In this document: piece by piece, positions 57,900 to 64,000 of the stretch
How positions within the stretch are numbered: position 1 is the stretch's first letter
Layout of the letters: every line of letters starts with the position of its first letter
Assembly (NCBI GenBank): GCA_050253415.1
Contig: JBFWJC010000001.1
Span: forward strand, 1,448,679-1,512,678
DNA length: 64,000 bases
From: Pedobacter sp.
Lineage (GTDB): Bacteria > Desulfobacterota > Desulfuromonadia > Desulfuromonadales > Syntrophotaleaceae
Reading direction: 5' to 3'
Translations under genes and position numbers: made by a program
Notes under the pieces: generated by a model
The model's database searches: none
Told to the model about the DNA's origin: nothing
Seen by the model: only the letters and a program-made list of their open reading frames with translations

Positions 57900-60407
57900 T
57901 CATGAACTCGGTGGATTGTTTGAGAGTTCAAGAGACTTTTGGGCCGCTTCGTTTTTCGGGTCTTGAGTAAGTATGTGCTGGAAAACTGTCTGGGCATATT
58001 CATGTTGTCCCAGTTGTTGGTAGAGTTGGCCTACTTTCAGTAAAACCATCAAATCTTCAGGGAACCGCTCCAGGTAATCGGCGTAGGCATCAAGAGCGGT
58101 TTTGGTCTGGCCGAGCATGTTTGCTAAATCCGCGTATTGCGCAAGATACATGGGGGAATGCCCGGTCAGGCATTCCAGGGCCAGAAGAGCGTTCTGGGGG
58201 TTGTTAAGTTCCAGGGAAAGAGAAGCGATGCGGCGTAATGCATCCTCTGCTACCCCTTCTGATGCAGATTCCAGAACGTTTTGATATTCTTCAAAAGCCT
58301 TGGCAAAATCATTTTCAAGTTCGGCCAGATAGGCTTCTGCCAGGTGGCAAACTGCTTTGTTGTTTTCCTCCGGCGATGCGACCAGTCCCTGGTGAATGCC
58401 TGTCAAGGCTGTCCGATCCCTGTTTTTGAAAAGAATTCGGAGCCTGTGACGGGCCATTTCCGGAGAGGCGCAGCCCTTGGTGCCCGATACAAGATATTCG
58501 GGATTATGTGCAAGGCTATTTTCGAAATCATTTTTGGCCTGGGACAGTTGGAGATCCATTGCATTTGGATTTTTGCCCTTATTATTGCCATGGCGACGGT
58601 GCCATATCAAGGCACGCCCTGTTTCCGCGTTAGCTCGCCAAGCGTTAACGAGTTGGGTCAAATCTGCCTGGGGATCTTCTTCTGACAGGCGCAATTCAAC
58701 CCTTGCAATAGAATTTTGGATAAACTGGAGCATTTGTGCGGCACTGTCTATGTAGGCCTGATAATAAATACGACCGGTTTCCTCTATCTGTTCATCACTC
58801 CACTCACGAGTGCTGTCAGGCCGGGAAATTTTTAGAAACTGGCGTAATCCCCCTTCTTTAATCAGGTTGGCGTAGGTCGCAATATGTGGTCTGCACAATG
58901 CTTTTTCAACCTTGTCCATGCGTATTTTGTACTTGTAATCCGCATGCATGCCATTTCGGCCAAACAGGCCATCGTTACATTTCAACCCTTCTTTGGCGAG
59001 CTTCTGTATTTTCAGGATGTTTTTTTCCGCAATCCGAAGTTTTTCCAGAACCTTTTTGAAATAATCTTTCCTGGTTTCAGCATTGTCTTCTGGAAGTGCT
59101 AGTCGAATTTTATCCCATGCAGGTTCGGCCAATGGTTCAAAATCTATATTTTCCAGGGGCGTATGTACAATGTTTGAAATCTTGGCGGCTAAAGGAGTCG
59201 GGTTAATTGTTTTGCAACCATTTTTCAATGCAAATTCTGCCAGGTTTCCCAACGAGGTAATGGCTTCAGCCATTGCCCTGGTAGTAAAGGTTCTGATCCC
59301 CTGGTTGGTTTCAATTTGTGCATCAAATTGATGGAACTGGGGGCCTGCCTGACGTTCGTAACTGCCCTTTGCATGCGAATAGCCTTCAGGACTGAAACAC
59401 AGGTCGACACCGGCCAGGATAATTTGGGCAAACCCCATTTGCATGGCGGTTGCAAAGGCGGCGTTGGTGACTGTGGGGCCTACGGCGTCGAGAAAGGTCT
59501 CTGTGGATGTTTCCTGCCATGGGAAACGATTGCCGATAAAAGCTGTCGGTCCCTGCCACTGGCTTAGAAGTTGAGGAACCACATGGAAGCTATTAACAAA
59601 CAGGGTGCTTTCTCCGAAAAAAAGCATCTCTTTGCTGACATCGAAGCTGGGTTGATGCGGATCGACGGAAAAGAAAATATCCGGAACCAGTTCAACTTCT
59701 TTAAGTCGACGGGCAATACGGGATACCGCCAACACCACCAATTGCTTCCGGTGTTTTTGTATCCAGGGAAGGTGGTCATCCAGGGAAGGACCGCCAGCTA
59801 AAAGCACAGCTGTTTTTCCGGGGAATAGATCTTTCAGGCAGACTGCTGAAAAACGGTTTTCCGCCAGGTTCTCGAGTTGGCGTTCAATAAAAGTATGGTT
59901 GCTTAACTGGACTTTGATTTGCCAGGCAAAGGAATCGATAAATTCCCTGGCGACCCAATACAATTCGGGGTAATCGGGTAAATAGGCATCGCCTGCGGCG
60001 AGTGATTTCCAGATGAGAATTTTTTCCGTGTAGAGGTAATTTTGAAATTCCAATTGGTCAGCTGTGTTCTTAAGTTGATCAATGGAAATACAGCTGATTT
60101 CTTCGGGCAGAGTATCCAGCAACCCCTCTTGTTTCAAACGGTTGATGACTTGGGGAAGTTCAATGAATACATAGCGGGATACGTCAGGAATGCTGGTTTT
60201 AATGATATGTCTGAGCAGTAGTCCCGAATCGGTGCCTACCACAATGTGCAGGGTTTTCTCTGCGAAAAGCGCCTCGCCAAAGTGCTTTTTATATTGGGCT
60301 GAAGCGCCGATACGGTTAAAAATTTCGCGATTAACCGGATACAGGTAGCGGTCTCCAAAATCGTTGGAGATGAACGGTCCCAGGTCAAACGTAGTAAGAT
60401 TGTCCAC
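57900..60407 (-). CDS. maf: Motility-associated factor (Maf/DUF115) flagellin glycosyltransferase with C-terminal TPRs
   Basis: NLAEN, AGGPSLD, SVDP, GPTVTN.A...A..MG...IILAGVDL motifs; TPR-like helical repeats. Confidence 0.88.
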   Translation of the reverse strand: MDNLTTFDLGPFISNDFGDRYLYPVNREIFNRIGASAQYKKHFGEALFAEKTLHIVVGTDSGLLLRHIIKTSIPDVSRYVFIELPQVINRLKQEGLLDTLPEEISCISIDQLKNTADQLEFQNYLYTEKILIWKSLAAGDAYLPDYPELYWVAREFIDSFAWQIKVQLSNHTFIERQLENLAENRFSAVCLKDLFPGKTAVLLAGGPSLDDHLPWIQKHRKQLVVLAVSRIARRLKEVELVPDIFFSVDPHQPSFDVSKEMLFFGESTLFVNSFHVVPQLLSQWQGPTAFIGNRFPWQETSTETFLDAVGPTVTNAAFATAMQMGFAQIILAGVDLCFSPEGYSHAKGSYERQAGPQFHQFDAQIETNQGIRTFTTRAMAEAITSLGNLAEFALKNGCKTINPTPLAAKISNIVHTPLENIDFEPLAEPAWDKIRLALPEDNAETRKDYFKKVLEKLRIAEKNILKIQKLAKEGLKCNDGLFGRNGMHADYKYKIRMDKVEKALCRPHIATYANLIKEGGLRQFLKISRPDSTREWSDEQIEETGRIYYQAYIDSAAQMLQFIQNSIARVELRLSEEDPQADLTQLVNAWRANAETGRALIWHRRHGNNKGKNPNAMDLQLSQAKNDFENSLAHNPEYLVSGTKGCASPEMARHRLRILFKNRDRTALTGIHQGLVASPEENNKAVCHLAEAYLAELENDFAKAFEEYQNVLESASEGVAEDALRRIASLSLELNNPQNALLALECLTGHSPMYLAQYADLANMLGQTKTALDAYADYLERFPEDLMVLLKVGQLYQQLGQHEYAQTVFQHILTQDPKNEAAQKSLELSNNPPSS

Positions 60408-60712
60408 AAGCGCCTCTTTTCGTGCAGATAATCGATTAACAAACCGGTTGGCAGAAGCTTTTTCAAGAAATCCTGTTCCAAGAGGTCAGCAACGCCGAAC
60501 TGGTTCCGGGTGCCTGAGAACCGGAGGTTTTTCGAGTCGAGAAGGGAACGTCAAATCCCATCAGGATGGTACTGTCTATTTTCAGCCGGGCAGGGAGGCT
60601 CCTGGTACCTTTTTGTTTGAGAAAAAATAGTAAAGGTCCGCCCCTATGATAACCGGTATCTAACGCGTATCGCCGCGCAGACGTGACGGCTCCTGCCCCG
60701 TTGTGTTGTTGC

Positions 60713-61135
60713 TTATGCCGGTAATGGCTCCCGCGTCTTATATTGGCTGTTTTCCAGCGCCACCTGGATAGCGCGGTTGGTGGCCGGAGCAAACAGAATG
60801 GGTGCCATGAGGTTGAGGGTCACCTTACGATCCGGCGGCACGGTGACGACGGCAAGCGTATGGCATTCATCCTCTTTGTCGATGCCGAGTTTTGCACGTT
60901 CGCGCGCATCGGGCACCACCTTGTAGTCAAGAAAGAAGTTGGTCGGATCGGTCAGGACAAAGGCAATGTCCGGATCGTCCACGCTCTGGATCCAGAACAG
61001 CGGCCCGTCTTTGCGGTTAGGCATAACGATAAAGTCGCGCAGAGTTTCGAAACCGATCAATCCTTCGGTGAACAGAACGGTATTGCTCGGATCGTATTCG
61101 ACCTCGCCAAAGCGTGTCATGATTGTTTTTTTCAT
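60713..61135 (-). CDS. fliW: Flagellar assembly factor FliW
   Basis: TRFG, F.EGLIGFE, WIQS, TLNLMAP. Confidence 0.95.
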   Translation of the reverse strand: MKKTIMTRFGEVEYDPSNTVLFTEGLIGFETLRDFIVMPNRKDGPLFWIQSVDDPDIAFVLTDPTNFFLDYKVVPDARERAKLGIDKEDECHTLAVVTVPPDRKVTLNLMAPILFAPATNRAIQVALENSQYKTREPLPA

Positions 61136-61371
61136 AGCGACTCCTTCTTCACCATGACTGAAGTCAGCATATCGAGATCGGCAAGGTTCCACTGGCTGGC
61201 CTCCCTGTTTTCAAGACAGATACGATCGTAGATTTCCTGGCGGTAGATTTTTTTATCGGCAGGAGCTTCGATCCCTATACGGATCCCGGCCCCTTTGGTT
61301 TCTATGAAAGTGATTTTGATATCGTCCCCGATGACGATGCCTTCACCGGGTTTTCTGGTCAGTACCAGCAT
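61132..61371 (-). CDS. csrA: Carbon storage regulator CsrA
   Basis: MLVLTRKPGE.I.IGDDI...RIGIEAP...I.R.EIY with the C-terminal extension typical of FliW-regulated CsrA. Confidence 0.96.
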   Translation of the reverse strand: MLVLTRKPGEGIVIGDDIKITFIETKGAGIRIGIEAPADKKIYRQEIYDRICLENREASQWNLADLDMLTSVMVKKESL

Positions 61372-61495
61372 ATCGCCCTCCATGGCTGCGCTGGACCCTT
61401 CTCCAAGGGTCTTTAATTCCGGTTGTCGTTTTCAGCTCATTACATGAGCCGGCGACAGTGGGGTAGGTGAGTTATCTCCTGAGAGTGATGCCTCG

Positions 61496-62389
61496 TCAGA
61501 GGTAATCAAGAATGGAAAGATCGCTGATCTTTGCCGTCACACTTAATGCTGCTTGCAAGGCCTGTTCCTGTTGGGCCAGATTTGTGTAGGCTTCGATCGC
61601 ATCGGCATCGCGATAACTGGAAAGTTTTGCTTCCATGGAATCCGCAAAATCCTGCATGCGGATATCGGCGTCGTCCAAACGTTTAGCCGTTATGCCTATT
61701 TTGCTGCGATAGCTGCGTATCTGGTCGGCCCCGGCTTCCAGATCATCCAAGCGGGACAATGCCTGTTCCGTATCCATGGAACTCAGATTTTGCTGCAAGT
61801 CGTCCAGCAGTTGAAAAATATTCATGCCGCCACCCTGGCCTTGGAACAGTTCCGCTCCTGTCAGGTTTGTGACAACTTTTTGACTAGGTCCGATCTGCAG
61901 TTCTGCATGGTTATCATCCCCCTGATACAGGGTAGGATCGCTTGAGTCGGGGAACGGTTTGGTATTTATAGCAAAACCTGAAAACAGGTACTTGCCTTCG
62001 ATCTGGGTGTTAGCCAGAGAATAGGCTTCTTCCTTCAGCAACGTGATCTGCTGCGCATAAGTGCCGATATCGCTTTGGCTGAGCGCTCCGTTGCCGGTGG
62101 CCAGCACGATTTCCTTGGCCTGCACCATGAGGTTTTCAAACTGATCCAGCGTCGAATCCAGGTTGGAAAGTTGACTCGTTGCCGAAGCGATGGTGGTTTG
62201 GTAACGCTCACCGCTGCGCATCTGGCTCTGTATGGACAGAACCGAAGAAACGGCCGAGGGATCATCCGAGGGGGTGTTAAGCTTGATGCCGGTGGCTGCC
62301 GTTTCCTGGTATTGCTGCAGCTTTAAGCTTGAGCGGTTGACCTGGGATTGCAGGGTCCGGTATGTAGCGGTCAATGTGGTTTTCATCAC
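61496..62389 (-). CDS. flgL: Hook-associated protein 3
   Basis: TG.KLNTPSDDP, GKYLFSG, SILDYL. Confidence 0.95.
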   Translation of the reverse strand: MMKTTLTATYRTLQSQVNRSSLKLQQYQETAATGIKLNTPSDDPSAVSSVLSIQSQMRSGERYQTTIASATSQLSNLDSTLDQFENLMVQAKEIVLATGNGALSQSDIGTYAQQITLLKEEAYSLANTQIEGKYLFSGFAINTKPFPDSSDPTLYQGDDNHAELQIGPSQKVVTNLTGAELFQGQGGGMNIFQLLDDLQQNLSSMDTEQALSRLDDLEAGADQIRSYRSKIGITAKRLDDADIRMQDFADSMEAKLSSYRDADAIEAYTNLAQQEQALQAALSVTAKISDLSILDYL

Positions 62390-62451
62390 CTACCTCTTAG
62401 TTCATGCAGGGTGAAGGCTCAAGGCTGCCGGGAAAAGCCAAATCGTGCAGG

Positions 62452-63846
62452 CTATCGCTTGATCGACAGTACGGTGTCCATCATCTCATCAACCGTGGTC
62501 AACAGCTTGGCGGATGCTTCAAAGCCTCGCTGGTACTGGATAAGGTTGATCATCTCTTCTTCCAGGGAAACACCCACCTTGCTGTCGCGCAGGTTTTCCA
62601 ATTGCAGCATGGTATCTTCCAGGCCGGAGACGGACAGCTGGTTTTGCGCACTTTCTACCCCGATATCGGAGGTGATTTTGGCGTAAAACGATCCAAAACT
62701 GTGGGTGCCGTCGATCGCCTTCGTATCTTTCAGGGCCGCCATGAGCAGGGCATTGCGATTATCGCCACTGGCGCTGGATTGTCCGGCGGCAACCTGAGCG
62801 GTTTCGGTGACCGCAACTTCAATGCCCGCAGCCGCACCGGTCCAGGGATCGGGACCGACGGACAGCGGGGTGCTGAAAAAGTTCAGACCGGTTGAGCCGT
62901 CAAGGCCGGTGCCCCCGGCATGCAACGTGTTGACTTCGTTGGCCAGGTTGTAGGCGAGTTTGTCCAGATCGTCCCGGACCTGGGGGATGAACTCATCCCG
63001 CAGGTAGACCAGGCCTTTAAATTCTCCGCCCAGGCTGCTGTTGTCCACGGGGCGGGTCGTATTGGTAAGATTCAGCTGCAGTTCGGAGCCCGTAGAGGTC
63101 GGTACCGCCTCCAGTGAAAAAGCTTCGAAGCGGCTGACCAGGGGCAGGCCGCTGGGCAATTGTACGTTGACGCTCCCATCCTGGTTTTCGTATGACTGAG
63201 TACCCAGGGTGTAGGAGAGTTCTTCTAGCAGGGCATCACGCCCGTCGCGATCGGCGTTGGCATTCACGCCGGTGCTTTCGATGGTGAAAATGCGTTGATT
63301 GAACTCTGCTATCTGTTGCAGTTTGACATTGATTCCGTCAATTTTGGAGGTTAGGGATTCGTCCACCAGTCGGGACATATCCCCCAAATCCTGGGACATG
63401 GTGTGGAAGCTGTCGCTGAGAAGCGTACCGTATTGCAATACGCTGTTGCGTTCCACCGAACCATCCGGGGTGACCGACAACTGCTCCCAGCTGTCGAAAA
63501 ACTTATCGATTTTTGCGGTCAGGTTATCATCGCCGAGGTTAAAAATGGATTCCAGCTCCGCCAGTGGTGTGGCTTGTGCCGATTGTTCACCCAGGGTGGC
63601 GTTTTTGTCGATAATCTGCTTGTTTAAAAATGTATCTTCGGCGCGTTGGATGCTGTCCGGCATAACGCCGCGGCCGATTTGAAAACCGCGGAAATTAAGC
63701 GCGGGAATCGTGCCTAAATCGACACTCTGACGGGAATAGCCATCGGTGTTGACGTTGGCGATATTATTGCTCGTTACGTCGATCAAGGTCTGATGCGTAG
63801 CGAGGCTGGTTTTCCCGAGATTCAGGGCGTCGGTAAGACCGCTCAT
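62452..63846 (-). CDS. flgK: Hook-associated protein 1
   Basis: NNIANVNTDGYSRQ, GVSLEEEMINLIQYQRGFEASAK. Confidence 0.96.
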   Translation of the reverse strand: MSGLTDALNLGKTSLATHQTLIDVTSNNIANVNTDGYSRQSVDLGTIPALNFRGFQIGRGVMPDSIQRAEDTFLNKQIIDKNATLGEQSAQATPLAELESIFNLGDDNLTAKIDKFFDSWEQLSVTPDGSVERNSVLQYGTLLSDSFHTMSQDLGDMSRLVDESLTSKIDGINVKLQQIAEFNQRIFTIESTGVNANADRDGRDALLEELSYTLGTQSYENQDGSVNVQLPSGLPLVSRFEAFSLEAVPTSTGSELQLNLTNTTRPVDNSSLGGEFKGLVYLRDEFIPQVRDDLDKLAYNLANEVNTLHAGGTGLDGSTGLNFFSTPLSVGPDPWTGAAAGIEVAVTETAQVAAGQSSASGDNRNALLMAALKDTKAIDGTHSFGSFYAKITSDIGVESAQNQLSVSGLEDTMLQLENLRDSKVGVSLEEEMINLIQYQRGFEASAKLLTTVDEMMDTVLSIKR

Positions 63847-63847
63847 G

Positions 63848-64000
63848 TCAGATCCTTCCCGAAAGCAGGGTGCCGCCGTAATTTACCTGGCGAGAAGCGG
63901 CACCGGCACCATACAGGGTGTTGGAGGTCTGTTGGCCGAAAAAGCCCATCAGATCCCGGACCCAGCGCAAGGCGGCCCAGAAAAGGTAGGCATTGCGGCG
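63848..64000 (-). CDS. flgN: C-terminal part of probable FlgN chaperone (runs off the window)
   Basis: Open frame RRNAYLFWAAL...TLYGAG...LLSGRI* ending 1 nt before the flgK start. Confidence 0.7.
   Translation of the reverse strand, partial: RRNAYLFWAALRWVRDLMGFFGQQTSNTLYGAGAASRQVNYGGTLLSGRI

Overview
Bacterial chromosomal window. Gene content and style point to a Desulfuromonadales deltaproteobacterium (Pelobacter/Syntrophotalea/Geobacter-like; inferred, not verified). 1-15.5 kb: housekeeping genes (atypical RelA/SpoT homolog, YjbQ, methyltransferases, cyclophilin, PncB, YbaK, rhomboid, aldehyde dehydrogenase, L,D-transpeptidase, TraB-family protein), followed by a 6S-like RNA with its own promoter and terminator. 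16-28 kb: c-di-GMP and late flagellar region (two diguanylate cyclases, two PilZ proteins, FliK-like and FlhB-C-like genes, fliS, fliD, flaG, two tandem short flagellins with CsrA-type leader hairpins). 28-60 kb: a large minus-strand flagellin glycosylation island. It contains maf, a pseudaminic-acid pathway lacking pseH but with an inserted SDR/AKR pair, a CDP-3,6-dideoxyhexose pathway lacking ddhD, four radical SAM enzymes (two cobalamin-dependent), two sugar methyltransferases, two glycosyltransferases, and a separately promoted ThDP/SDR/ATP-grasp/deacetylase/formyltransferase/GH57-like module. 60-64 kb: fliW, csrA, flgL, flgK and partial flgN. The best candidates for novelty are the radical-SAM-rich glycan tailoring system, the putative N-acyl exchange module, and a sigma54 promoter with a T9 spacer plus a G9 tract in pseB that could switch glycosylation on and off. 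No CRISPR array, tRNA, rRNA or transposase was recognised.
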